Assembly: GCA_963422615.1 (NCBI GenBank)
Contig: OY730414.1
Location: 248,001-312,000, forward strand
DNA from: Longimicrobiales bacterium
GTDB lineage: Bacteria > Gemmatimonadota > Gemmatimonadetes > Longimicrobiales > Gaopeijiaceae
Length of the DNA: 64,000 nucleotides
Reading direction: 5' to 3'
The position numbers and the translations under genes are program-made. Of this stretch, positions 40,794-51,059 are shown one piece after another (the first letter of the stretch is position 1; each line of letters starts with the position of its first letter). Below the pieces are notes generated by a model. It worked only from the letters and a program-made list of their open reading frames with translations. It was not told the origin of the DNA and did no database searches.

Positions 40794-40878
40794 CGGAGGG
40801 AGTGGGATTCGAACCCACGTGGTCCAGGGGACCAACGCCTTAGCAGGGCGCCGCTTTTAGCCGCTCAGCCATCCCTCC
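40794..40878 (-). tRNA. tRNA-Ser(GCT)
   Basis: GCGCC-CT-GCT-AA-GGCGT. Confidence 0.92.
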
Positions 40879-40881
40879 AAA

Positions 40882-40954
40882 TAGCCCCGCCTGGGCTCGA
40901 ACCAGGACTCTTCTGATCCAGAGTCAGACGTGTTGCCAGTTACACCACGGGGCT
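40882..40954 (-). tRNA. tRNA-Gln(CTG)
   Basis: TCTGA-CT-CTG-GA-TCAGA. Confidence 0.92.
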
Positions 40955-40969
40955 TGCAACTCCGATGAG

Positions 40970-41042
40970 AGCCACCGGTCGGACTCGAACCGACGACCCC
41001 GTCATTACGAGTGACGTGCTCTGCCAACTGAGCTACGGTGGC
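40970..41042 (-). tRNA. tRNA-Thr(CGT)
   Basis: CGTCA-CT-CGT-AA-TGACG. Confidence 0.93.
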
Positions 41043-41074
41043 CTCGTTTCGTCAAAACAGCAACGAACACCGAG

Positions 41075-41147
41075 TGGAGCCGAGGGGATTCGAACCCCTG
41101 ACCTCAGCATTGCGAACGCTGCGCTCTCCCAACTGAGCTACGGCCCC
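41075..41147 (-). tRNA. tRNA-Ala(CGC)
   Basis: CAGCG-TT-CGC-AA-TGCTG; G3:U70 pair. Confidence 0.93.
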
Positions 41148-41161
41148 GGAGGGAACCAAAA

Positions 41162-41235
41162 TGGGCGCGACAGGACTCGAACCTGTGACCTCCACGATGT
41201 CAACGTGGCACTCTAACCAACTGAGCTACGCGCCC
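41162..41235 (-). tRNA. tRNA-Val(GAC)
   Basis: CCACG-TT-GAC-AT-CGTGG. Confidence 0.93.
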
Positions 41236-41249
41236 TCATCGTGCATTCA

Positions 41250-41323
41250 TACGCCCGGGAGGACTCGAACCCCCAACCCCCTGATCCGTAGTCAGGTACT
41301 CTATCCAATTGAGCTACGGGCGC
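41250..41323 (-). tRNA. tRNA-Arg(ACG)
   Basis: CCTGA-CT-ACG-GA-TCAGG. Confidence 0.93.
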
Positions 41324-41378
41324 CTGCGCGGAGAAGCGCTACCGACGCCGGGCGGGCGGCGCCAAAGGTTCCCAACAG

Positions 41379-41462
41379 TGCCCACGACAGGACTCGAACC
41401 TGTACGTCCTTTCGAACACTGGTCCCTCAAACCAGCCTGTCTACCAATTCCAGCACGTGGGC
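41379..41462 (-). tRNA. tRNA-Leu(GAG)
   Basis: CTGGT-TT-GAG-GG-ACCAG. Confidence 0.93.
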
Positions 41463-41468
41463 ATCCAA

Positions 41469-41553
41469 TGCTCGGGGAGGGACTCGAACCCTCACGGGGT
41501 TATCCCCCACAGGATCCTGAATCCTGCGCGTCTACCAATTCCGCCACCCGAGC
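41469..41553 (-). tRNA. tRNA-Leu(CAG)
   Basis: CAGGA-TT-CAG-GA-TCCTG. Confidence 0.93.
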
Positions 41554-41585
41554 TCAAAAACGGCAACGCTCCAGCCGACCACATA

Positions 41586-41658
41586 TGGAGCCGAGGGGAT
41601 TCGAACCCCTGACCTCCTGAATGCCATTCAGGCGCTCTCCCAACTGAGCTACGGCCCC
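41586..41658 (-). tRNA. tRNA-Ala(GGC)
   Basis: CCTGA-AT-GGC-AT-TCAGG. Confidence 0.93.
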
Positions 41659-41715
41659 TTGTTGCGAACGCAAACCAGAGCTGCTCCTCAACCCTTGATT
41701 GTCAAACAACCGCCA

Positions 41716-41790
41716 CGGGGCTGACGGGACTCGAACCCGCGGCCTCCGGTGTGACAGACCGGCACTCTAACCAAACTGAGCTACAGCCCC
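41716..41790 (-). tRNA. tRNA-Asp(GTC)
   Basis: CCGGT-CT-GTC-AC-ACCGG. Confidence 0.93.
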
Positions 41791-41830
41791 CCGAACCCTT
41801 ACTTCCAAGGGATTCATTCCAGCTTCAACA

Positions 41831-41902
41831 TACCCCCACGGGGAATCGAACCCCGATCTCCACCTTGAAAGAGTGGTGTCCTGACCGTTAGACGATGAGG
41901 GC
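41831..41902 (-). tRNA. tRNA-Glu(TTC)
   Basis: CCACT-CT-TTC-AA-GGTGG. Confidence 0.92.
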
Positions 41903-41918
41903 AAACCCCAAGAAAATA

Positions 41919-41991
41919 CAGGCCCGGAGGGACTCGAACCCCCAACCGCCGGTTTTGGAGACCGGTGCTCTACCCGTTGAGCTACGGACCT
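41919..41991 (-). tRNA. tRNA-Trp(CCA)
   Basis: CCGGT-CT-CCA-AA-ACCGG. Confidence 0.93.
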
Positions 41992-41999
41992 GTGATTCA

Positions 42000-42072
42000 T
42001 GGCCAGGGGCGGAATTGAACCGCCGACACCGCGATTTTCAGTCGCGTGCTCTACCAACTGAGCTACCTGGCC
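42000..42072 (-). tRNA. tRNA-Phe(GAA)
   Basis: CGCGA-CT-GAA-AA-TCGCG. Confidence 0.93.
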
Positions 42073-42205
42073 CCGAACCGAGAACGCACCCAAGAGCCGA
42101 CCGGGTCCGCTCCGGTGTCGAGCCCCGCCGTTCCTGACCGGAAGCCTAGCCGGCCTACACCAGAAACGCCGCGCAGCGGCGGCGTTTTCCGGATCCACTC
42201 CACAG

Positions 42206-42279
<74 letters not shown>

Positions 42280-42295
42280 ACATTCAAGGACAAAG

Positions 42296-42324
42296 AAGGT
42301 AGGAACTTCTCTGCCGCCCGTCAA
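42296..42324 (-). promoter_or_regulatory. Putative sigma70 promoter of the tRNA cluster
   Basis: TTGACG-N17-TACCTT, 16 nt upstream of tRNA-fMet. Confidence 0.65.
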
Positions 42325-42480
42325 TGATCCGGTTACCTTATGGAAGTCAGGAAGGAGCGACCGAGTGCAGCCAGGATGGGCTTAAGCGCCCAGTGCGAAG
42401 CGGGTCTCGATCCAATGCTCGAGTTTCGCTCCCGGTCCAGCGCCAACCCCCAAGGCCGGCAAACAGGTTAAGGAGACCCC

Positions 42481-42771
42481 ATGGCCGACAAGCTTTCTCC
42501 GGAAGAAATCATGGACTGGATGAATGCCCGTACCGGGTGGAAGGGCCAGGGTGACGGAATCCGGAAACGGTACGTGTTCCCCTCTTTTCGCAGCACCATC
42601 GTCTTTGTCAACCGGATCGCCACCATTGCCGACGAGCTGAATCATCACCCGGACATCGACGTGCGATACGACAAGGTCTACCTCACCCTTACGACCCACG
42701 ACGCCGGTGGCGTGACCCGCAAGGACCTGGAACTGGCAAATCGGATCGATTTAGCCACCTCTGTGCGCTGA
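42481..42771 (+). CDS. Pterin-4-alpha-carbinolamine dehydratase
   Basis: NHHPDI, LTTHDAGGVTRKDLELA. Confidence 0.92.
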   Translation: MADKLSPEEIMDWMNARTGWKGQGDGIRKRYVFPSFRSTIVFVNRIATIADELNHHPDIDVRYDKVYLTLTTHDAGGVTRKDLELANRIDLATSVR

Positions 42772-44103
42772 AGCCCAGCGGCGGCTTCGGTGAACGGGGG
42801 AGTGTGAACCTTCACCCGTCGTGGCCAGGCGCGAGGCCTCCCGAATCCCCGTGACGAGGATTTCAAGTCCGTTCTCGAGCTCTTCTGTCGTGACCGTGGC
42901 GGGGGGCGTGACTTCCACGACCTGACCCGTCTCTCCGGCGGGGAGAACGATCAGCCCCCGCTCCAGCGCCTCTGCTGCCACGACCGGTGCCAGCCCCATC
43001 CGCAGTTCGATCCCCAGCATCAGACCCCGGCCACGCACGCCCCTCACCAGGTCGCAGCCTTCCAGCTCCGTTTCCAAGTAGCGGAGGGAGCGCTCCCCCA
43101 ATCGCCGCGCCCGGCGGATCAGATCCTCTGCCGCCAAGGCCGCTAGAAACCCGAGCCCTGCCGCACAACCCAGGGGGTGGCCCAGGAAGGTGCTGGTGTG
43201 GATCGCTTCACCGGCGGAGAGAGGCCACGCATCCATGACCTCCGCCGGCCCACAGCAAGCCGAAAGGGGCATACCCCCTCCCAGGGCCTTGCCCAGGCAG
43301 ACCAGGTCGGGAACCACTTCATCGGTGCACGCCAGCACGCCGCCGGTCCGGCCCATGCCCGTAAAGACCTCGTCGACAATCAGGAGGGCCCCGCCCCTTC
43401 GAGTTCGGATGCCGAGCGCTTTCAGGAACCCGGCCGGCGGAACCCGGACGCCGGCCCGACCCTGGATGGGCTCGACGATCACGGCAGCGGGGGGATCCGG
43501 CTTCGCCATGATTTCGGAGAGGGCGGCCACGCTCCGCTCCGCCTCCCGGGCCGAAGTGGGGAAGGGGAGGAAGCGGACGTGATCTGCCAGCCGGTCGGTG
43601 AAGGGACGACGGAAGTGCTCCCTGTGGGTGACTGACAGCGCACCCAGGGTGAGGCCGTGATAGCCGCCCTGGAAGGCGACGATTCCGGTGCGCCCCGTAG
43701 CCAGTTGGGCCGTCTTCAGGGCCGCTTCGACGGCATCCGAACCACTCAACCCCAGGACGGTGCGGGTCTCGGGCCACGGCATCAGGGCGGCCAGGGCCTC
43801 CAGAAATTCCACTTTCACCACCGACGGATGAAGGTCCCCCATGCCGTGAACGAGGCGCCCCGACTGCTCCGCGATCCGCTCCATGATCAGCGGATGGCGG
43901 TGTCCCGCAAAGGCGACCCCGAAGGCTCCCGTGAAGTCCAGGTAGGTCTTGCCCTCCGTGTCCCGGACCCGGACCCCCGAAGCCTCGGCCCAAAACGGCG
44001 AATTTCTCCCGAGAAAGGTCACGTTCCGGGATTCGACCCGGGAAAGGCGGGTGGCCAGGTCTCGCCGGGTGGCCGGGCCCCGCCGCGCGGAATTGGGGGT
44101 CAC
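42751..44103 (-). CDS. Class III PLP aminotransferase
   Basis: YLDFTGAFGV, SGSDAVEAALK, YHG, EPIQG, DEVFTGMGRTG, GKALGGG, HTSTFLGHP. Confidence 0.88.
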   Translation of the reverse strand: MTPNSARRGPATRRDLATRLSRVESRNVTFLGRNSPFWAEASGVRVRDTEGKTYLDFTGAFGVAFAGHRHPLIMERIAEQSGRLVHGMGDLHPSVVKVEFLEALAALMPWPETRTVLGLSGSDAVEAALKTAQLATGRTGIVAFQGGYHGLTLGALSVTHREHFRRPFTDRLADHVRFLPFPTSAREAERSVAALSEIMAKPDPPAAVIVEPIQGRAGVRVPPAGFLKALGIRTRRGGALLIVDEVFTGMGRTGGVLACTDEVVPDLVCLGKALGGGMPLSACCGPAEVMDAWPLSAGEAIHTSTFLGHPLGCAAGLGFLAALAAEDLIRRARRLGERSLRYLETELEGCDLVRGVRGRGLMLGIELRMGLAPVVAAEALERGLIVLPAGETGQVVEVTPPATVTTEELENGLEILVTGIREASRLATTGEGSHSPVHRSRRWASAHRGG

Positions 44104-45041
44104 AAGGTGATCCAGGTCACGAAGCCGACGTAGGTGGCAAGGAGAAGGAACCCCTCCCCTCGCCTGACCTTCCGGGCGGTGGCCACCACCGGCAACACCA
44201 ACACCGAGAGCACAAGGACCATGGGTAGCTGGAGATTCAGGATCTCCGGGCCAATCTCGTACTCTCGCACGAGGGCCGCGCCCCCCATGACCGCCGTGAG
44301 GTTGAAGATGTTGGATCCGATGATGTTTCCCACTGCGATGTCCGACTGATGGCGGGCGGCCGCCACAATGGAAGTGACAAGCTCCGGCAAGGACGTCCCG
44401 ACGGCGACCACCGTCACGCCAATCACCATCTCACTAATCCCCAGCTCGGTGGCTAAAAACACGGCCCCGCTCTCCACCGCCTTACCGCCCGCCCCCAGTC
44501 CGGCAGCGCCTACTACCACCAACCCGATGTTGCGCAACCGGCCCGGCTCCGGGTCGGCAAGGTCGCCCACCTCTTCCAGGATTTCCTGTACCTCTTCTTC
44601 GGCGCTGGAAAAGGTGAAGGCTACGTAGACAACGAGGAGGGCCAGGAGGATCAAGCCTTCACCCCGGTTCAGCGCCTCATCCAGCAACAAAGGATAGGCA
44701 AAGACCGTGATCACGATCATGATCGGGACTTCCCTGGCGACGACCCGGTCGGCGACGGCCAGGGGGCGGATCATGGCAGTGGCGCCCAGGATCAGGCCGA
44801 CGTTGGCCAGGTTGGAACCCAGCACGTTGGCCGTCAACAGGCTGCCCTGGCCATCCAGGGCGAAGAAGATACACACCACGAGCTCGGGTGCCGAGGTGCC
44901 CAGCGAAACGAGGGTGAGACCCACGACCACGGGACTGACCCCCATGTCGGCGGCGATGCGGGCGGCACCCCGCACAAGCCACTCGGCCCCGAAGTACAGG
45001 GCGCCGAAACCGCCCGTGAGCAGAAGAATATACGCCAGCAA
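44100..45041 (-). CDS. Calcium/sodium antiporter (YrbG-like)
   Basis: Two alpha repeats: GTSAPE/GSNLAN and GTSLPE/GSNIFN. Confidence 0.92.
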   Translation of the reverse strand: MLAYILLLTGGFGALYFGAEWLVRGAARIAADMGVSPVVVGLTLVSLGTSAPELVVCIFFALDGQGSLLTANVLGSNLANVGLILGATAMIRPLAVADRVVAREVPIMIVITVFAYPLLLDEALNRGEGLILLALLVVYVAFTFSSAEEEVQEILEEVGDLADPEPGRLRNIGLVVVGAAGLGAGGKAVESGAVFLATELGISEMVIGVTVVAVGTSLPELVTSIVAAARHQSDIAVGNIIGSNIFNLTAVMGGAALVREYEIGPEILNLQLPMVLVLSVLVLPVVATARKVRRGEGFLLLATYVGFVTWITL

Positions 45042-45103
45042 GGGATTCAGGCAGGCATCCGGCTGATCACCCTGTCTTCACTCATCCAATCCACTCCGAC
45101 TCG

Positions 45104-47260
45104 TCAATCTTCCCCCTCCACCCCGGCCCCCGGAGGCCAGACGTCCAGAAACTCTTCTTCCCCCATCACTTTGACATCCAACTCCCTTGCCCTGGCAAGC
45201 TTGGACTCGGAAGGCTTCGACCCGGCGACGACCAGATCCGTTCTGGCGCTCACGGCGCTCGTAATCCGGGCCCCCCGTTTTCGAAGTGCCCTTCCCACTT
45301 CACTTCTCTTCATGTTCTTCAGCACGCCCGTCAGCACAACCGTCCTCCCCACCCATCCTCTCCCCTCTTCCCCGGCTGGGGTCCCATCGGGGGGGCTGAA
45401 ACGGAAGCCCTTGGCAATCAGGTTGTCCAGGGCGGTGGACACCGCTGGGTCGTCGAAGAATCCCCGAATCGCGGCCGACATCTTCGGACCCACGCCGGGA
45501 ATCTCCTCCAGCGCCTCTTTGGTGGCATCCCGGATGGCCGCGAAGCTCCGGAAGTGGGTCGCGAGATCGCCGGCGACGGTGACCCCCACCTCCGGGATCC
45601 CCAGCCCGGCCACGAAGTTGGCCAGCCGGACTCGCCGCCGGCCGCGCAGCGCCCTCCGCAGGGACGGCGCAAGCGCGTGCGGTGACCAGCCACGAGGTAA
45701 CTGGACTTCTCTGCGACCCTGGATCGCCTCCACCAAGTTGTCAGCCGACGCTTCGCCGAAGCCTTCCAGGGCCGTCAGGTCTTCCTTCTGCAGGTCGAAC
45801 AGGTCCGCCAGCTTTTTCACGAGACCCTCCTTCACCAACAGATTCGCGGCCTTTTCCCCCAGCCCTCTAATGTCCAGAGCGTTTCGGGAACAGAAGTGGA
45901 CGATCCGGCCCTTGAGCTGGGCCGGGCACCCGAAATGGTTTGGACAAGCCGTGAAGGGTCCCTTCTCCACGAGGTCGGTGCCGCAGGCCGGGCACTTCGC
46001 CGGCATTCGGAACGGTTCCCCTCGTTCCCGATCCTCTTCCTGAACCCGCTCCACGACCTGGGGAATGACGTCCCCGGCGCGCCGGATCCACACCGAATCT
46101 CCTTCGCGAATATCTTTCCGGTCCAGCTCCTCCCGGTTGTGCAGGGAGGCCCGGGACACCTTCACGCCTCCGATCTTCACCGGGTGCAGAACGGCCACGG
46201 GGGTAAGGACGCCGGTTCGCGCTACGTCGGTGCGTATCGACCGGATCCGGGTGACTTTCCGGTGGGGCTCGAACTTGAAAGCCATCGCCCACCTGGGGTG
46301 GTGCGAGGTACTCCCCAGCCGGGGCCGCAAGGACAGGTCATCCAGCTTGATGACCACGCCGTCGATTTCGTAGTCCAGCGAATCCCGAGTGGTGGCAAAT
46401 TGCCGGTGGTAGTCGGCGATCTCCGCCACCGAGTGCGCCAGCTTCACCGATTCCGGGTCCGGGGTCGGCAGACCCCAGGCCTTCAGGGCAGACATGGCTT
46501 CCATGTCCGACTCGAAAGAATGCCCCTTGATGGCCAGGACGTCGTAGGTCCGCACCGTCAGGGGACGCTTGGACGTGACCCGGGAATCAAGCTGGCGAAG
46601 CGCTCCCGACGTGGCGTTGCGCGGGTTCTTGTACCGTTCCGCCTCAATGCGGCGCTGGTTCAGGGCATGAAAGTCGCTCAAGCACATAAGAACCTCCCCC
46701 CTGACCGAAAGGAATGGCGGCGCGGCGCGCTTGTCTTCCCGAAGCCGTAGCGGAACGGACCGAATGGTTCGAACGTTTTCGGTGACCCCTTCGCCCACTC
46801 TCCCGTTTCCGCGGGTTACCGCCCGGGTCAGAATTCCGTTCTCATAGACCAGTTCCAGGGACACGCCGTCGAACTTCGGCTCCAAGATGTAACGCACCTT
46901 TTCATTCCCTAAGGCCTTTCGCAGCCGCTGGTCAAAGCGCCGAACGTCCCCCGGTTCGTAAGACGAATCCAGGGACAACATCGGGGCCGCGTGCTCCAGG
47001 TTGGGGAACTCCTGCTTCGGCTCTCCGCCGACCCGTTGCGTGGGAGAGTAGGGGGCTCGCAGCGACGGGTGGGCAGCTTCCAGGTCCTGGAGGCGCCGGA
47101 ACAGGGCGTCGTAGTCGGCATCAGGGATTTCCGGCGCCGCCTCTTCGTAGTACAGGCGGTCGTGACGACCGATGACTTCAACCAGCCGTTCGACCTCCGC
47201 TGCCGCCCCTTGGGGGCTGAGCTGAGCCGGGTCCACGCCCCGAAAGTCGCTGGAGATCAT
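45104..47260 (-). CDS. ligA: NAD-dependent DNA ligase
   Basis: HDRLYY, SPTQRVGG, EPKFDG, TRGNG, EIDGVVIK, CPAC zinc finger, HhH and BRCT domains. Confidence 0.96.
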   Translation of the reverse strand: MISSDFRGVDPAQLSPQGAAAEVERLVEVIGRHDRLYYEEAAPEIPDADYDALFRRLQDLEAAHPSLRAPYSPTQRVGGEPKQEFPNLEHAAPMLSLDSSYEPGDVRRFDQRLRKALGNEKVRYILEPKFDGVSLELVYENGILTRAVTRGNGRVGEGVTENVRTIRSVPLRLREDKRAAPPFLSVRGEVLMCLSDFHALNQRRIEAERYKNPRNATSGALRQLDSRVTSKRPLTVRTYDVLAIKGHSFESDMEAMSALKAWGLPTPDPESVKLAHSVAEIADYHRQFATTRDSLDYEIDGVVIKLDDLSLRPRLGSTSHHPRWAMAFKFEPHRKVTRIRSIRTDVARTGVLTPVAVLHPVKIGGVKVSRASLHNREELDRKDIREGDSVWIRRAGDVIPQVVERVQEEDRERGEPFRMPAKCPACGTDLVEKGPFTACPNHFGCPAQLKGRIVHFCSRNALDIRGLGEKAANLLVKEGLVKKLADLFDLQKEDLTALEGFGEASADNLVEAIQGRREVQLPRGWSPHALAPSLRRALRGRRRVRLANFVAGLGIPEVGVTVAGDLATHFRSFAAIRDATKEALEEIPGVGPKMSAAIRGFFDDPAVSTALDNLIAKGFRFSPPDGTPAGEEGRGWVGRTVVLTGVLKNMKRSEVGRALRKRGARITSAVSARTDLVVAGSKPSESKLARARELDVKVMGEEEFLDVWPPGAGVEGED

Positions 47261-47467
47261 GGACAGAATCGTAAATCCGGCTCCCGAATCGGGGAAAGTG
47301 CCCTCGAGAAGCACGTCGTTGGGGCGCCTCGAAGCCCTCCGGGCATCCACTCCCGATCAGGATCGGAGCCCAAGGGTCCGCAATGAGTGCGCGGTCATCA
47401 TGTCGGCTCCCGGGGTTACCGCGTTAGATTGGTACATTGTCATTCTACTCTACAATGAGGAGGTTTG

Positions 47468-49160
47468 GATGGAGTGCTCTCTTGGATCGCGCCGCCTGTT
47501 CCCGCGTCGGGGCGACCTGAAAGCAAGAGTTCTTCGCGTCCTTGCGTCGGCCGGTACCGTAGCGGCAGTTGCCATCCTGGGGACAGCCGCCATCGTTCCT
47601 GCGACGGCTATGGCGCAAATGGAAGTCACCACGCCGCGCGGAGCCGATGAAGGGGACGGACCCCACGAACGGCTCATCCTTCGCGGAGCCACGATCATCG
47701 ACGGCACCGGAGCTCCACCCATGGGCCCGGTGGACATCGTCGTCGAAGGGGATCGGATCGTCCAGATCCGGACGGTAGGCTATCCCGGGGTTCCGATCAA
47801 CGAGGAGCGGCGCCCGGCGGACGCGACGAAGGAGATCGACATGACCGGCATGTTCATCATGCCCGGCTTTGTGGACATGCACGCCCACACCGGTGGATCG
47901 GGGAAGGCGCCCCAACCCGAGTACACCTACAAGCTCTGGATGGGACACGGGATCACCACCTCCAGAGGAGTGGGCCACGGCCCCATGATGTGGGCTCTGG
48001 AGGAGAAGGCCGCGTCCGCGAGGAACGAGATCGTCGCCCCCCGCATGTTCACCTACGCCCGGCCCGGGGAGGCCTGGGACGAAGGTTCCGTCGATTCTCC
48101 CGAGAAGGCCCGGGAGTGGGTCCGGTGGGCCGCCGAAGTGGAGGTGGAGGGCGCAAAGATCGACGGTCTCAAGCTCACCGCCATGGATCCGGACATCATG
48201 GAAGCGGTGATCGACGAGGCTCACCTCCACGGCCTCGGCACCGTCGCTCACCTGGCCCAGACCGGGGTGGCCCGGATGACGGCGCTGGACGCGGCGGAAG
48301 TCGGCCTGGACATGATGACCCACTATTACGGGCTCATGGAGTCCATGCTTACCGACTACAGCATCCAGGACTGGCCCCTGGACTACAACTACCAGGACGA
48401 ACAGCACCGCTTCGGGAACGTGGCACGCCTCTGGTACCAAGCAGCAGAGCCGGGGTCGGAGCAGTGGAATGCCCTGATCGAACGGTTTCTGGAGCTGGGC
48501 TTCGGCCTGGATCCCACCATGTCGATCTACGAAGCCAGTCGGGACGTGATGAGGGCCCGGGAGGCCGACTTTCACGAGGAGTACACCCTGCCCAGTCAGT
48601 GGGACTTCTACCGGCCGTCCAGGCGGGCTCACGGTTCCTACTGGTTCTACTGGACCAGCGAGGACGAGTACCACTGGAAGAAGTTCTACCAGAAGTGGAT
48701 GCACTTCCTGAACGACTACAAGAACGCCGGCGGACGGGTCACCACCGGCTCCGATTCAGGCTTCATCTACAAGCTGTACGGCTTCGACTACATCCGCGAG
48801 CTCGAACTGCTCCGGGAGGCCGGCTTCCACCCCGTTGAGGTGATCCGCTCCGCCACTTTGTACGGAGCCGAAGAGCTCCACGACCCCAAGGGCACGGACA
48901 TCAACTTCGGAATCCTCCGGGCGGGCCTAAAAGCCGACATGGTCGTGGTGGACGAGAACCCGCTTCAGAACCTCAAGGTCCTCTACGGCAACGGCGCCGT
49001 GAAGCTCAACGACGAGACCGGAGAAGTGGAGCGGGTCGGAGGCATCAAGTACACGATCAAGGACGGCATCGTCTACGACGCCCAGCAGTTGCTGGCCGAC
49101 GTGCGGGAGATGGTGCGCCAGGCGAAGGAGGCGGCGGCCGTTTCCGACGACGAGAGCTGA
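47468..49160 (+). CDS. Exported amidohydrolase-family protein
   Basis: MPGFVDMHAH, TTGSDSG, ADMVVVDENPL; start codon uncertain. Confidence 0.85.
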
Positions 49161-49187
49161 ACGGACGACGGGGACCGGCCCGTCAGG

Positions 49188-50762
49188 TCAGGGTGGGCCG
49201 GCCTCCCGGCAACCCCAGTCTCCCCAACCCCTTTCGCAAGCCAGCGCAATCAGGGCCGCGGGGTCCCGCTCCCCGACCGGTCCCTTGCTCCCACGGATCA
49301 CAATCGGCATCTCGTGGACGGGCGGACTGCTCCGGGCGAAGAAGAACGGACGGCCACCTCCCCCGGCGGGCGGACCCCCCCCGAGAGTCTCCAAGTTGGT
49401 GCACCCGGGCGCGAACCCAAGACGGCACGCCCGGCCGAACTCCCCGGCGGCGCCCCGGAAGTCGGCGTCCTCCTCCGCCAAGAAAATGCCGAACTCGTTG
49501 CACGCCCAACCGGAACCGCGGTCGCAGAATTTCCACTGCATGACACCGGTGTAGTCGCAGGCCCGTTCATTCCCCCGGTCACACGCGTCTCGCCAGAAGG
49601 GATAGTACTGCCCCGGATGGTCGTCCCCTAAGCCGCCGGTGAGGCTCAGCCCGCCGAAGGTGGCCGCCCACAGCCCGACGGTCAGCACGCGGCGCGGCGC
49701 GGGAACCGCGGCCCTGGACGCCGCCCACCCAATGCGAAGGGCAGCCGCCGTCGACTGGGCAACCCGGTCCAGACTGGGCGCCAGGAGGTTGAGGATCGGT
49801 ACCGGCAACAGCTTGTCGTAGAAGGGCGGCGCGCCGATTGCATTCAGGCCAACCACGCTGACGATTACGCCGGTTCCGTACAGGACGCCGAAGATGACCC
49901 GCCCCAGCTCCGATCGAGGGGAGGTGGCCGGGTCGGTAAACAGAAGGTGAAGGCCCAGGAAGACCGCGATCGGGATGTGCGCATCGTAAAAGAAGAAGGC
50001 ACCGGTGAGGGCCAGATAGGCGGCGCTGAAGCCATAGATGACCAGCACCGCGGGCATTGTCATCGTGGCCACGCCGAAGAGAAGTTGCCCGGGAACGGCG
50101 GCCAGAAAGATCACCAGAAAGATGTACGGAGGAACGTATTGGCTCTGGGCGATCTCCACGCCTTGGGTAATGCCCGTCTGGCCGGTGGCGATCAGCGCCA
50201 GCGCCGCGAGGGAGAGCGCAAACGCCGAAGGATTGAAGATGTGTCGGGAACGGCCGTCTACACGCCGACGGACGAACTCCTTGCCGACGTATACGAGAAC
50301 GACCATGGCCAGCTGCAGGAAGAACCAGGGCAGGTGAAACCAGAGGAACAGGTTCAAGCTGAAGACCACCGGAACCGTTCCAAAGCCAAGGGTATAACGA
50401 CCCCGGCGGGTCCAGCTGAAGAGGCTGTCCACCGCAACCGCCAAGATTAGCTGGGCAAGGATGAAGGGGGCGTATTCGTACACCGGCCGGACAAACCAAC
50501 CCCACCACAGAATCACGGAACCTTGGGCCAGCATCTGGATCCAGTGGGGCTTTCGGGACGCAATCTCCAGGGTCAGGGCCCGGTCCGGATTTCGGAGGCA
50601 GGCCGCACAGAGGCCGAGGGTCCAGAACAGCACGCCGGCCGAGGCCACGACGAAGGACCAGAACAGGCCCGAGACGGTCCGCACCCCGGGCAGGGCCGTG
50701 TAGGCGGCCAGTCCAACGGCCAGTGCCCCCGGCAAGATCAGGGGGAGGGGGAACGATCGCAC
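49188..50762 (-). CDS. RnfD/NqrB(UnbU)-like membrane protein with C-terminal Cys-paired Sel1-like repeats
   Basis: HIFNPSAF and FTDPATSP motifs; many TM segments; ACDRGNERAC, FCDRGSGWAC, ACRLGFAPGC; start approximate. Confidence 0.6.
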   Translation of the reverse strand: MRSFPLPLILPGALAVGLAAYTALPGVRTVSGLFWSFVVASAGVLFWTLGLCAACLRNPDRALTLEIASRKPHWIQMLAQGSVILWWGWFVRPVYEYAPFILAQLILAVAVDSLFSWTRRGRYTLGFGTVPVVFSLNLFLWFHLPWFFLQLAMVVLVYVGKEFVRRRVDGRSRHIFNPSAFALSLAALALIATGQTGITQGVEIAQSQYVPPYIFLVIFLAAVPGQLLFGVATMTMPAVLVIYGFSAAYLALTGAFFFYDAHIPIAVFLGLHLLFTDPATSPRSELGRVIFGVLYGTGVIVSVVGLNAIGAPPFYDKLLPVPILNLLAPSLDRVAQSTAAALRIGWAASRAAVPAPRRVLTVGLWAATFGGLSLTGGLGDDHPGQYYPFWRDACDRGNERACDYTGVMQWKFCDRGSGWACNEFGIFLAEEDADFRGAAGEFGRACRLGFAPGCTNLETLGGGPPAGGGGRPFFFARSSPPVHEMPIVIRGSKGPVGERDPAALIALACERGWGDWGCREAGPP

Positions 50763-51059
50763 GGGAGGGCGCCCTAGGGACCAGGGCCGGACGCGGGTGT
50801 CGGGAGCGCCGGTCAAACCGTCCTCCGCGGAAGTAGAAGGCGACCGCGGAGGGGTCCGGTATTTGACCGCGGATGGCCAGGTCGCAACCTTCAAAAGGTG
50901 TCCCCTATCAACTTGACATCAACAAGCGCTTCCCGTGAATGAGGGCACAAGGTAAAAGACTTAAAGGTAAGCAGCATGGAGAGACAATACGCTTTTCCGG
51001 TTGGACCGCTAGGGGGTCCCAAGAGCATTCCGGCCGGGCACGCCTCCCCGGAAGCCGTC

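Noticed and set aside
39719..40843. 374-aa ORF with repeated peptide STEGVGLTSGCPPPVV
   Set aside because: Antisense translation of tRNA genes and their repeats
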